Shown in pieces: positions 49,526-62,392 of a stretch of 64,000 nt of DNA. The translations under genes were made by a program, and so were the position numbers. Every line of letters starts with the position of its first letter. Position 1 is the first letter of the stretch. Origin of the DNA: Mobula hypostoma. Its lineage: Eukaryota. Location: positions 17,732,001 through 17,796,000 of the forward strand of contig NC_086108.1 of NCBI RefSeq assembly GCF_963921235.1, read 5' to 3'. The notes below the pieces were generated by a model. It worked only from the letters and a program-made list of their open reading frames with translations. It had not been told where the DNA came from and ran no database searches.

Positions 49526-50884
49526 TTGCATGGCAGTCCATCCAGAAAAGGAGGGACAGAGAAACCGGGGAATTATAGACCGGTTAGCCTAACGTCGGTG
49601 GTGGGGAAACTGCTGGAGTCAGTTATCAAGGATGTGATAACAGCACATTTGGAAAGCGGTGAAATGATCGGACAAAGTCAGCATGGATTTGTGAAAGGAA
49701 AATCATGTCTGATGAATCTCATAGAATTTTTTGAGGATGTAACTAGTAGAGTGGATAGGGGAGAACCAGTGGATGTGGTATATTTGGATTTTCAAAAGGC
49801 TTTTGACAAGGTCCCACACAGGAGATTAGTGTGCAAACTTAAAGCACACGGTATTGGGGGTAAGGTATTGGTGTGGGTGGAGAATTGGTTAGCAGACAGG
49901 AAGCAAAGAGTGGGAATAAACGGGACCTTTTCAGAATGGCAGGCGGTGACTAGTGGGGTACCGCAAGGCTCAGTGCTGGGACCCCAGTTGTTTACAATAT
50001 ATATTAATGACTTGGATGAGGGAATTAAATGCAGCATCTCCAAGTTTGCGGATGACACGAAGCTGGGTGGCAGTGTTAGCAGTGAGGAGGATGCTAAGAG
50101 GATGCAGGGTGACTTGGATAGGTTGGGTGAGTGGGCAAATTCATGGCAGGTGCAATTTAATGTGGATAAATGTGAAGTTATCCACTTTGGTGGCAAAAAT
50201 AGGAAAACAGATTATTATCTGAATAGTGGCCGATTAGGAAAAGGGGAGGTGCAACGAGACCTGGGTGTCATTATACACCAGTCATTGAAAGTGGGCATGC
50301 AGGTACAGCAGGCGGTGAAAAAGGCGAATGGTATGCTGGCATTTATAGCGAGAGGCTCCGAGTACAGGAGCAGGGAGGTACTACTGCAGTTGTACAAGGC
50401 CTTGGTGAGACCACACCTGGAGTATTGTGTGCAGTTTTGGTCCCCTAATCTGAGGAAAGACATCTTTGCCATAGAGGGAGTACAAAGAAGGTTCACCAGA
50501 TTGATTCCTGGGATGGCAGGACTTTCATATGAAGAAACACTGGATGAACTGGGCTTGTACTCGTTGGAATTTAGAAGATTGAGGGGGGATCTGATTGAAA
50601 CGTATAAGATCCTAAAGGGATTGGACAGGCTAGATGCAGGAAGATTGTTCCCGATGTTGGGGAAGTCCAGAACGAGGGGTCACAGTTTGAGGATAGAGGG
50701 GAAGCCTTTTAGGACCGAGATTAGGAAAAACTTCTTCACACAGAGAGTGGTGAATCCGTGGAATTCTCTGCCACAGGAGACAGTTGAGGCCAGTTCATTG
50801 ACTATATTTAAGAGGGAGTTAGATATGGCCCTTGTGGCTACGGGGGTCAGGGGGTATGGAGGGAAGGCTGGGGCGGGGTTCTGA
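49526..50884 (+). pseudogene. CR1 ORF2 reverse transcriptase domain, open for 452 aa but lacking the endonuclease and a true start
   Basis: NYRPVSLTS, SQHGF, LDFQKAFDKV, GVPQGSVLGP, KFADDTK motifs. Confidence 0.9.
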
Positions 50885-50968
50885 GTTGGATGATCAGCCA
50901 TGATCATAATAAATGGCGGTGCACGCTCGAAGGGCCGAATGGCCTACTCCTGCACCTGTTTCTATGTT
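49543..50968 (+). mobile_element. Young HER1-like CR1, 5'-truncated
   Basis: Uninterrupted RT ORF, 3' UTR and TTTCTATGTT tail. Confidence 0.96.
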
Positions 50969-53900
50969 TAATAGCTGATCCCCCAGTGGGATCAACCATG
51001 AGCTGCTCTAAAAAAGCTATCTTGTAGGCACTCTAGAAATTCCCCTCCTGGAATCCAACACCAACCTAATTTTTCCAATCTACCTGCATATAGAAGTCCT
51101 CCATGACTATTGTCATAGTGCCCTTTTGACATGTATTTTCTATCTCCCCTTGTAATTTCTAGGCCACATCTTACTGTTTGGGAGTCTGTATGCAACTCCC
51201 ACCAGGGATTTTTACCCTTGCATTTCCTCAGCTCTATCTACAATAATTCAGCACCTTTCGGTCATATGTCTCCTCTTTCTAATGGTTTGATTTCATTTTT
51301 TACCAACAGAGCAACACCACCTCCTCTGGCTTCCTTTTCAATACAATGTGTATCTACCTAATTCAGTATATTGCACACATTTGGATACAACATCTTCAGT
51401 CCTGTATTCACTCGTTTTGATTTCGTCTGCCTTTTACATTGCAACTCATCCTGCAATTTTACCCTATCAACAGCTTCTCCTTACTACACATTGCCTCTGT
51501 TTGTAAACCAGTTACCTCATCTTCAGCACTATTATCTACAATACTTTTTGCACTAGTTGCACCATGCTCCACCTTTTGATTCCTAACTTTGTCTAAGGTC
51601 TTACCAACATCTGCCCTCACAAGCTCTCCATTAACTGTTCTGGCATTCTGGTTTCCATCCCCCTGACTCACCAAGCAGCATTAACAAACTTTCCCCACTA
51701 GGATATTAGTCCCTTCTGTACAGGTTCCACCTTCCCTGGAAGAGAGCCCAATGATCCAAAAATCCAATGCCCTCCCTCCTACACTAACTCCTTAGCTCCA
51801 TATTAAACTGTATAATCTTCCTAGTTCTAGCCTCAGTAGCATGTGGTGTGGGTAGCAATCCTGAGACCACAACTGTGAAGGACCTGCACTTTAATTTAGC
51901 ACCTAACTCCCTGTGCAGAACCTTGTCACTTGTCCTGCTCGTGTCATTGGTACCTACATGGAGCACGACTTCTGGCTCTTCATCCTCCCACTTAAGAATA
52001 CTGAGGACTCAGTCTGAGATATCTCAGACCCTGGCATCCAGGAATCTCATTCTCACCCACAGAACCTCCTGTCGGTTCACCCCTAACAAACAAATCCCCT
52101 ATTACCACAGATTGGTTGAATTAATGAATTTGATAGGGTTTAGATATAGAGTAACAGAGACCCAGAAGTGAGATACAGATTGAGGTCTATTTATGGGGTT
52201 TCAGGTTATATACAGAATAACAGCTGGGACTGAGTTACATAATGGAATCTGAACAAGATGTCTGGGGGATATATAAAAAATATCCTGGGAGTGAGTTACT
52301 AATTGCAATCAAATTGAGAGGTTTAGCTGCAAGAAAATTTCTCCAGAAGGATTTGCAGGCTGGAATGAAATCTTGTGGTAGCGTCTGAGTCATCTTTTTG
52401 CACTGGAGATAAACCTTTATCTCTACCAACCCTTTTATTGGGATGCTATCAGGCGTGCAAAGAGAATCTTATCTCTGTCAATTTAATGATACCAGTAGAT
52501 TCAACCAGTTAGTAACACTTCAGCCAGGACTGAAGTACTGTGACAGAGAGATAACATTCATGATTCTTTCCATGAATTGGTATTAGCAGGGCATTGATTC
52601 CACAATGTAGAAATTGTTTAACCTTTACCAGCCTTGAAGATATCTGCAGAAGGACTTTAGCTGTATTGGAGGAAAATGAGGGGCTGCTGTATTCTCTGCA
52701 TGCCTGAGTGAGGCTTGGCTCTCTCCCAGCACTCCGGAAACAGCATTTCGATTTTCCGTATGAACTGAACTGACTTGGAAAAGGCAAAAGGTGGAGGTAT
52801 ATGTTTCATAATAAACTCTCGGAGGTGCACCGACGTGGCGATTTTGTCAAACTCATGTTCCCCCGCTCTTTAACACCAAATACCGCCTGCTCTAGGGAAT
52901 TCTCCACCATAATCTCAACCGGTTTACATACCACCAGCGGCCGACTAGAATCAAATGCTCGAGGTCTCCAAACAAGAAATAGTCCATCCCGCCACATTTC
53001 AAATCATTGTTGCGTAATTAATACAGGCTTGTTTGAAGAACACTGTTGTGCGACGAGAGGCCTGGCAAAGATGTTAAGGACCCAAGTGCTGGAGTATCCG
53101 AGACTAGAATCGAGACATGATTTCAAGACTGAGACGCGAACGTGTTTCTTGACTTGATGTTAGACAAGAATCCAAATGAGACAGAAATCCTAAATACAAT
53201 CGCAGACTGAAGCAAAGTTGAGCTGATGATTGAGCACCGAAACTTCTTCTTCTTCTTCTTTTTCTATTTCCTGCTGCTTAGATGCATCTAGGCATGTTAC
53301 AGCCCTCCGCAGGATGTATAATTAATTATAGAACTTCAAGGAACTCAAATTCTCGAATATAACCTTGTCTCACGTATAGACTGAATAATAAACTCTTCAA
53401 TCAGATGTTGATTCTCTTGATGGCCAAACAAAGATTTAATAGAAAACCAAAATAAATTTAAGCCAGTTAGCCTCTTGAACAACATGCTTCTTTCAATTTT
53501 GTATCAATTACAGCTCAGCAAAACATGCTGGACTGTCTCTGGACTACCACAGTCACGTAATCCAGTAGGATGTTTTCCTATTATCTTTAAATAATAGTTT
53601 AACCCACAATGCCCCAACTTAAGTCTTGTTAATTTCACCATATCTCTACGACTTAAAAGGTAACAGTCTGAGACCTTTTTAACTAGTGGGTGAGTAGAAA
53701 AATAATGCCTGCCCTTTAATTCATTTTTCCAATCCTCCTGCCACTTCTTTTCTATACCTTTTTTAATCCTACTTCTCAATTCTGCTCTGCCTAGGGGAAC
53801 TCTAATTTCTACTTGCCTGATCTGTAAGGAAGACTTTGCAATGCCATCCACAATTTCGTTTCCCTCCACCCCAGCGTGCCCAGGTATCCATGAAAATCTA

Positions 53901-55037
53901 ACTGCACAACCCATCTTCCCTACTCTAAACAACACTAAGAGAATCTCAATAACTATGTCAGAATGAGCTTTTGATTTATTCCCTTTTATAGTCTCTAAGG
54001 CAACAGCAGAATCTGAACAGATGATAATTCTACGTGGTCGAGAGTCTTCTATCTACCATAAGACCCAGAGGATTGCTAATAATTCTGTTGCAAAGACAGA
54101 AACACCATCTGAAACCCGGTGACCAATTCTAACTCCAAGTTGAGACACATACATCCCAAATCCTGCCCTACTGCTCTCTGGGTCCACTGAGCCATCAGTA
54201 AAAATCTTCAGACAAGATCCCCATTTATTATTTAAATATTCATTTGTGATCAACGCTGATGAAATTGCACTACTTCCTTGAAGCTGAAAAAGGAGGAAAA
54301 GGTCTACTTCTGGTTCTGGAAAGAGCCAAAAAGGGATGGGTGGCAAGCAACTTTGGTCATCTATGTCTTCCTCAGTCAGTTTCAATTTCACAGCCCAGTT
54401 ATTAACCAAATATAAAAATGGGTCTCTTTTAATTTTACTTTGACTTCCCCTGCAAAAGACACTTTGGTGGACAGCTGTGATTGACTCCATCTAGTTTTGC
54501 CCAATACTGCAGGCCCAACTGAATTCGTCTTAAATGCAGAGGCACTTCTCCCATCTCCATACATAATGCCGGGACTGATGTTGTTCTAAATCTCCACAAC
54601 AGAGTCTAAGTGCTTTGGACTGCACAGTGTCTAGTTTTCCAAGCACTGCCGTAGCAGTGGAACCATAAGCAATACAACCATAATCTATAACTGATCTAAT
54701 CATAGCTAGATATATTAAGTACATAGTTTCCCGCCCTGCTCCCCAGTCGCATCCAGCAATACTTCTCATAACATTTAAAACTTTCTCACACTTTCCAATT
54801 GTTTTATCTATATGAACCCTCCAAGTAAGTCTTTCATCAAACCAGACACCTAAAAACTTGAATACCTTGACTTTTTCTAGTGGAGAATCATATAGACACA
54901 ATTCACAATCAGGAATCTTTCTTCTAAAGCCAAAAATCATATATTTGGACTTAGAAGCAGAAACCCTGAAACCCCATTTATTAGCCCAGTTTTCAACTGA
55001 TCTTAAAGCCTTTTGTACCTGTCTTAATATATACTTG

Positions 55038-56185
55038 TCTTGGCGCTCACGGCCCGGTGTCGACTCGATCTCAGCCGGGTGTCTCGGCGCTCACGGCCCG
55101 GTATCTCTGACGGCAGGTTGTTCAACCTTAGGCGCCTGCAGGCAGTTAGAAAGGTGCAAGAGACTGTCATCAGAGACTTCTTGTTTGCTGATGACTGCGC
55201 ACTCAACGCCAGCACAGAGCAGGAGATGCAGCGTGAGATGGACTGCTTCTCACAAGCCTGCGACAACTTCGGTCTCACTATCAGCACCAAAAAGTCCGAA
55301 GTTATGTACCAGCCTGCCCCAGGAAAGCCATACCAGGAGCCGCGCATCACGGTGAAGGGCCAGAACCTCCAGGCAGTTGACAACTTCACCTACCTGGGCA
55401 GCATACTCTCTCGCACAGTGAACATAGACGCTAAGGTCAACAACAGGATTGCCAAAGCCAGCGCCGCCTTTGGGAGACTCTGTGAGAACGTCTGGGAGCA
55501 GAGAGGACTCAGCCTTACCACCAAGCTGAAGGTCTACTGTGCAACGGTCCTTACCACCCTCCTTTACGCCAGCAAGACCTGGACTGTCTACAGCAGACAT
55601 GCCAAACAGCTCAACCACTTTCACCTGAGCTGTCTCCGCAGACTCCTCCACATCAGGTGGCAGGACAAAGTCCCCGACACGGAAATCCTGGAACGAGCTG
55701 TGCTCCGCAGCGTCTACACCCTCCTGCTGAAAGCCCAAGCCAGGTGGGCTGGACATGTGGTCAGAATGCCAGACAGCCGATTGCCTAAGCAGCTGCTGTA
55801 CGGAGAACTGTGTCAGGGCAAGCGCTCAGTCGGGGGGCAGAAGAAACGTTACAAAGTCTGCCTTAAAGCGTCCCTCAAAGGCCTGGGTGTCGACATCAAC
55901 ACGTGGGAGATGCTTGCCCTCGACCGTCCAGCTTGGCGCAGCAAGATCACCACAGGAACCCGTGCAGCTGAAGTCAGGCGCATCATTGAGGCGCAACGAA
56001 AGCGTGCTGTGCACAAGGCCCGAGCAGCATCCACTGCCATGACAGCACCCACCCACTTGTGTCCCACATGTGGGCGAGCCTTCAGGGCCCGGATTGGCCT
56101 CATCAGTGACCTCCGGACCCACAGCCACCAATCTCCCATTTGACTTTGAAGCCATGGTCATCTTCGACTACAAAGGACGAACAAC
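55038..56185 (+). mobile_element. Young RTE LINE, 5'-truncated, inserted antisense into the Nimb RT
   Basis: Perfect 12-bp TSD AATATATACTTG; (ACA)n tail. Confidence 0.95.
55040..56143 (+). pseudogene. RTE ORF C-terminal half (RT core to C2H2-like finger), open for 367 aa
   Basis: DGRLFNLRRL, LFADDCAL, FTYLGS, RWAGHVVRM, CPTCGRAF motifs. Confidence 0.9.
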
Positions 56186-58843
56186 AATATATACTTGATG
56201 TTTCTTTCTCTTTTCCAGATTGCACCATCATCTGCAAACAATGATTTGCCAAATCCTGTCCCAACCTGATCAAAGATATCATTTATCATGACATTAAAAA
56301 GAACTGGACTAATGACATCTCCTAGAGGGGTACCATTACCTATTTCAACTGACTTGGAGCTTGTTCCACCTATTCTTACTTGAATTATCCTTTCCTTAAG
56401 GAAATCTTTGATCCAATTAAACATTCTACCTCTAATTCCCGCATCATAGAGTTTAATTAATAAGCCATCCTTCCATAGTGAGTCATATGCTCTTTCAATA
56501 TCTAGAAATACACTTACCATTACTTCTCTATTTTGAAACGCTTTTTTAATATTATGATCTAAAAGGGCAACAGATACCATTGTTGATCTTCTAGTTCTAA
56601 AACCATTTTGATGGACAGCAAAATGTCCCTTATTTTCCAAAAAATAAACAAGTCTGTTGGTGACCATTTGTTCCATAATTTTACAAAGCACTGACGTTAA
56701 AGCTATAGGCCAATACGAACGAGGACTAGACACGTCCTTACCTGGCTTTAAAACTGGAACTACCTCCGCATGCTTCCATTCTGCTGGTAATTTTCCTTCT
56801 TTCCACACTGAATTAAACAATGCTAGAATTTCTATTAGTACAGAGTCATCTAAATGCTTAAGCAATTCATAACACAGTCCATCCCTACCAGAAGCGTTTG
56901 AACCTGATTGGACAGCTTCCTGCAATTCCTGAAGGATGAAAAACAAATTTATGGAGCTATTATCATCCAAACTCCTGTCCAATTTCCAACTTTCCTTTAA
57001 CATAATTTCCTTTCTCAAATCACCGAACTCTCCAGAACTGTAACGCTTGAAACAACTCTACAAACATATCAGCCTTTTCCTTATTGGTTACAGCTTCAAT
57101 ATCTCCTTCCAGCAAAGCTGGGATAGATTGTTTCCTATACATCCTGACATTCTGTGAATGATTGTCCATAGCTGCTTCATAGGTGTCTCAGGGCTCAGGG
57201 TTCCACAAAATCTTCTCCAACTATTCCTCTTTGCATTTTTAATTACTCTCCTTGCCACTGCTCTTTCCTTTTTATACTCCATAACATTATCTAACACTGG
57301 GTACTTTCTTAATTTCCTGTAAGCTCTATTTCTGTTTCTTACTGCTATATCACAATTTTTATTCCACCACGGAATTAGTGCTCGAGCCTTAGGAACCTTC
57401 CATAGCGGAATAGTCAACTGAGCAACTTTATGAATTATAGAACAGAGGGATTCATTCCAATTGTCTATGGAGCCCTCGCTATTAATCTCTTCTATTATAT
57501 CCACAGCTTTCTCCTGGTACTCATCCCAATGGGCCAAAGAAAAATTATACCTAGCAGACCTCTCCTCAATTTCTACTATCAAATTTCTACCAAATCTTCA
57601 TAATATAGGATAGTGATAACTTCCTGCTGTGTATCTGTCCATAACATCCCATTCACCAACCCTAGCTAAGTTTGAGGAAGTGATAGATAAGTCTAAGTGA
57701 CTACAAGTATTCTTTACAATATTAAATCTTGTGGGTCTTCCGTCATTTAGCAGTACCATGTTGTATTTATCTAGAAACTCCTCTACTACCGCTCCATTAC
57801 TACCTTTACTTCCACTACCCCAAATAGGATTATGGGCATTGAAATGTCCAACCCAGATTACTGGGGATCTTACCTTATAAATAATTTCATCCAAATCTGA
57901 TAACATTACATTACCTGGATTATAAAAGTTAATCAAACTTATTTGACCACGAGAGCTCCAAACCTCCACAGCCACAATTTCAAGGTTAGATTTAAAATCA
58001 AGTCTTCTAAACTGGAGACCTGTTTTTATGAAAGTTGCACACCCTCCACCAGATTTACCTGTTCTGCCAGCTCTCAAACTATCATATCCAGGGATCACAA
58101 AATCTAAATGAGGCTTTAACCATGTCTACTGTATACAGATCAAATCAGGCTTGTCTTTAAAAGTTCCAACAAATGTTTTTAATTCTTGACCATTTGCAGA
58201 TAAAGTTTTTGCATTCCATTGTAATATTAAAAACATCCAATCACTAATTATTGGCTTCTTCATCCACAGAAAGCTCCTCCGTACTCTCTGATCCTAACAA
58301 CTGGGAAGTATTCAGTGATTGTTTGTCATATACTCATGTACGTTTGTAATTTTTCTGGCGAAATCTGTTTTATATCAAGGAATCTCTCTGCAGCTCCAAC
58401 AACTACTTTTATCATATCCAACCTCCTGGTTGTAGTTTTAGCCCTGACCAGTACATCAACAACAAACGCCAAAAATGGCTGTTTAGTCATCAACAACATG
58501 CCTGAAGGAACCATAGTTGGAGAACTCGGAATGAACTGACTCCCCATCATTCCAATCTTTTCTTTACTTATCCTTTGCTCTCTATCAAATTTCTTTACTG
58601 CCTCAGCATATGATATTTTTTGTTGGATACAAACATCCTGAATCTGCTTTGCCTTACTAAAATACTCACATCCTCTGAACGCCGCTATATGGTCCCTCCA
58701 CAGTTACTGCATTTAGGCACCGCTGCCTTACATGCTTTAATATCATGATCCTCTCCACATTTCATACATCTTCTTTTACCTCGACATGAACCAGCAACGT
58801 ATCCAAATCTCTGGCAATTATAACAGCGTAAGGGAGGTCTAAT

Positions 58844-59724
58844 TGTTACGAGAATACACATAAAATTAAGATGTTTGCTGGCCTGGGCTAGCATCAGTGG
58901 CATCAGCAGTTGGTCTGCCACCTGCCCTCAGGGGAAGGAGAGATAAGGAACAATGGAGCAGCGTCTGGAGATGTGTAATGAAGGGATGTGGGAGGAAGAA
59001 CTGTCTGGAGCGGCTCCCCCCTTTGAGCCCTGAACTGTTTGAAGTGATGGACAGGCGATACCCCAGCAGGGGGATAAAAAGGGACAGGTTCGCTAAGACA
59101 GACACACACGCCACCCGAGGTAACGAGACCCTGGAAGCGGTGCGCTTCTCACGAGTGGGTGAGAAGTCCCAGACAACGACAAGGGTGGAAAGGTACGATC
59201 AGCGGGAACCCGGTGTGTGTCCGCCCTTGCCTGGGTGCCGGGTTCACTGCAGAGGATCGACCGCATCTGGAGGAGGGGTCACAGTCGGTGACCTCAGGTG
59301 ACATCACCAAGGACCCGCCCAAAAAGCTGTTTGTGAGCCATCTCGCTGGTCTGTGAGCCATCCTGCTGGTCTGTGAGTGAAGCCGTTCTGAATGATGAGT
59401 TGTTCCTATTCTATCTCTCTCTTCCCCCACGTTGTCCACCGCCATGGCAACGATTACTGCGAACTGAACTACTAAACTGGACTGAACTTTGAGTCATTTT
59501 GAAATTGGTCATTTACCCCTAGACAACGATAGAGCTTGATTGATGCTGTTATCTTAATTCTGTGCACATGTGTGTTTATCATCACTGAACTGTTGCATTT
59601 ATTATCCTTTCGATTACTGTGTTGCTTGTTTCTTTAATAAAACTTTCTTAGTTCTAGTACTCCAGACTCCAACTGAGTGATCCATTTCTGCTGGTTTGGC
59701 AACCCAGTTACGGGGTACGTAACA
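58844..59724 (+). mobile_element. Solo LTR (881 bp) in Nimb ORF1
   Basis: TGTTACG...CGTAACA 7-bp inverted termini; TSD TAAT/TAAG; AATAAA near 59636; excision restores EY(I)RPPLRC. Confidence 0.9.
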
Positions 59725-62392
59725 TAAGGTATTCTCTAGCTTGATAAGACATGCACCCAAGATAGACTCTAGTTGGAAGAACATCACCAGCAAAAACCAG
59801 AAGAACAGAAGAATCCCAATTACCACCTTCTCTCGATTTTAATCGTTTGGCTTCAATCACTTGACCACCTTTAATATTGTCCAAAATTTCCTTTTCAGTC
59901 ATGCTAGACCAAATACCATACACTACCCCCTTAAATCCCTTCCTTTCGGAGTAATACACTCCACTTTCACAACCAATTTTCCCACCATTTTATCACTGTT
60001 ATATTGGTCAATATCTTTGCAACAAATTTTCAGCAATCCATTAGACAAAAACTTGGCCTGGAATCCTTTACCTACTTGGTTCTCTAATGCTGCTGCCACT
60101 TTCAAAGGATTAAGGGCTCTAAATCCTCCTTCTCCTTCCTTCTGGCCTTTAATTTTATACAGAACTATAAATTTCTCCAATTCACCCATTTTCCTCAATT
60201 TGTTGTCCCCCATTACTTCAGGTCTTTCACTTGATGCACCCCTTTTTTGGCTACCCTTACTTCTGGAGTATTCCATAGTCTCCCACCCTCCTCCTTCAAT
60301 CTCAGTCCCATCCCCCCCACCTCTCCCTTTTGCAGTCATGGGCTACAAACTAACCCTTTCCAAACTACTAGGCTCCTCCACGCCAAAGTCCCCACCCACT
60401 CAATCAACGGCTCCTCTTCAAGCACTGAAACTGAATTCAGGTATACTTTAAATATCTAAATCTTGGCACCAATTAACGAAGGGGGCCAGAAACTTTAAAG
60501 AGACCACACTAGCTATCCATACTCAGGAGAATCCCGGACATTGGTGCGGTCGGGTACATACCGTTACAAGTTGTAAAGGAGTGTGTCCCCACAAAATCTT
60601 TCAGTCTTTCCCAATCAGAAGTCATAGGCAACAATTGGGCTTCGCTTCCAGATGAGCTCAATGCCTCCTATGCTTGCTTTGATCATCAAAGCATGAAAGA
60701 ACTATCAGGAACTCTACAACCCCTGATGATCCTATGATTTCAGCCTCTGAGGCTGACGTGTGGATAAACTTCAGGATGGTGAACATCTAGCCCAGACAGG
60801 GTACTAAGGACCTGTGTTGATCAACTGGCTGGAATGTTCACTCAGACCTTTAACCTCTCATTTTGGCAGTCTGATGTACCCACCTGCTTCAGGCAGGCTT
60901 CAAATATACCCTAAAAACAGCGTGGTGACCTGCCTCAGTGACTGTCGTCCAGTTGCACTTACATCCACAGTGATGAAGTGGTTTGAGAGGCTGGTGATGA
61001 AACTTATCAGCTTCAAGAGCTGAGAAGTGGCTTAGATCGACTCCAATTACCCTAACAGGTTCACAGCAGAGCTATCTTATTGGCTCTTCATTCAACCCTG
61101 GAACATCTGGACAGCAAAGATAAATACATCAAGGTGCTCTTTATTGACTATAGCTCAGCATTCAATACCATCATCTCCTCAAAACTAATCAATAAGCTCC
61201 TAGACATTGGCATCAATACCTCCTTGTGCAATTGGACCCTCGATTTCCTCACTTGCACACCTCAGTCAATTCGGATTGGTAACAACATCTCCTCTACTAT
61301 CTCCATCAGCACAGTTGCACGACTATGCCATGTGATTAGTCCCTTAATATATTCACTTTATACTTATGACTGTGTGGCTAAGCGCAGCTCCAATGCCATA
61401 TTCAAATTTGCTGATGTCATAGGCCAAATCAAAGATGTTGACGAATCTGCAAATAGGAGGGAGACTGAAAATCTGGCTGAGTGGTGCCACAACAATATCA
61501 GCGAGACCAAGGACCTTGACATCAGGAGAATGACATCAGAGGTCCACGAGCCAGCCTATATCAGATGATTAGAGGTGGAAGGGTCAGCAACTTTAAATTC
61601 CTCTGTCTTATTATTTTGGAAAATCTGACATGAGCACAGCTCATTAGCGCAATTATGAAGAAAGCACAGCAGCGCCTCTACTTCCTTAGGAATTTGTGGA
61701 GATTTGGCATGACATCTAAAACTTTGACAAATTTCTATGGATGTGTAATGAAGAATATATAGACTAGTTTCATAACAGCCTGGTATGGAAACACCAATGC
61801 CCTTGAACAGAAATCCTACAAAAAGTAATGGATGAAGTCCAGACCTCACGGGCAAAGCCCTCCTCACCATTCAACACATGAAACACTGCTGAGAAAAGCA
61901 GCATTCGCCATCAGGGACCCCACCACCCAGGCCATCAGGAAGGCACAGGAGCTTCAGGACTCATCACTGGGTTCAGGAACAGTTATTGCCCCTCAGTGAT
62001 TAGGCTCTTGAACCAAAGGGGATAACATAAGGTAAGGACATGTTCGGCACAGCTTTGTGGCTGAAGGGCCTGTAGGTTTTCTATGTTTCTAATATTAGTC
62101 AACTTCACTTGCCCCATCATTGAAATGTTCCCACAACCAATGGTCTCATTTTCAAGGATTCTTCATCTCAAGTTCATGATTTTATTGCTTATTTATTGAT
62201 TGATTGTTATTTCTTTCTTTTTGTATTTGTTCAGTTTGTTGTCTTTGGCGCACTTGGGACTTCAGCTCCACCTCATCAATGGAACACTGCAGACTATCTC
62301 TTGCAATTCCATGGATTGTCTTCTATTGTTTCTTTGCATTTATTGCACTGAGATCTTGCTTTTGAACAGTCCTTTTTAACTCTATGCTACAT

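Larger units (their letters stand above)
44750..52110 (-). mobile_element. Old CR1 (ORF1 esterase through 3' end) hosting four insertions
   Basis: Collinear minus-strand pieces 44750-45120, 45595-45660, 47718-48445, 48985-49540, 50970-52110 (HVGTND, PGPDG, AFDKVP). Confidence 0.8.
53245..60420 (-). mobile_element. Full-length I/Nimb-clade LINE (gag-like ORF1; ORF2 APE-RT-RNase H), inactivated
   Basis: ORF1 with CCHC knuckles (RCYNCQRFG, C.KCGEDH, CSNCGG); ILQWNA endonuclease start, RT (PIALTS, FLDIERAYD, LFADD), RNase H (IFTDGS, WIPGHAGVEGNE); (AAG)n tail; 12-bp TSD AGCAC[C/T]GAAACT. Confidence 0.93.
53049..60568. mobile_element. Probable solo LTR (about 330 bp; 53049-53244 plus 60421-60568) split by the Nimb element
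   Basis: TGCGACG...CGTTACA termini; imperfect 5-bp TSD TGTTG/AGTTG. Confidence 0.5.
52595..62250 (+). mobile_element. Decayed Rex1/Babar LINE split by an LTR/Nimb nest
   Basis: Endonuclease remnants 52595-53045 (KGGGICF, REFS.II..VYIPP); resumes at 60575 ([44 protein letters not shown]). Confidence 0.8.

Noticed and set aside
49526..50884. Functional or domesticated reverse transcriptase gene
   Set aside because: 5'-truncated young copy near-identical to its siblings; the open frame reflects recency.
58897..59445. ORFs within the 881-bp insert
   Set aside because: No recognisable domain; they lie inside a solo LTR.
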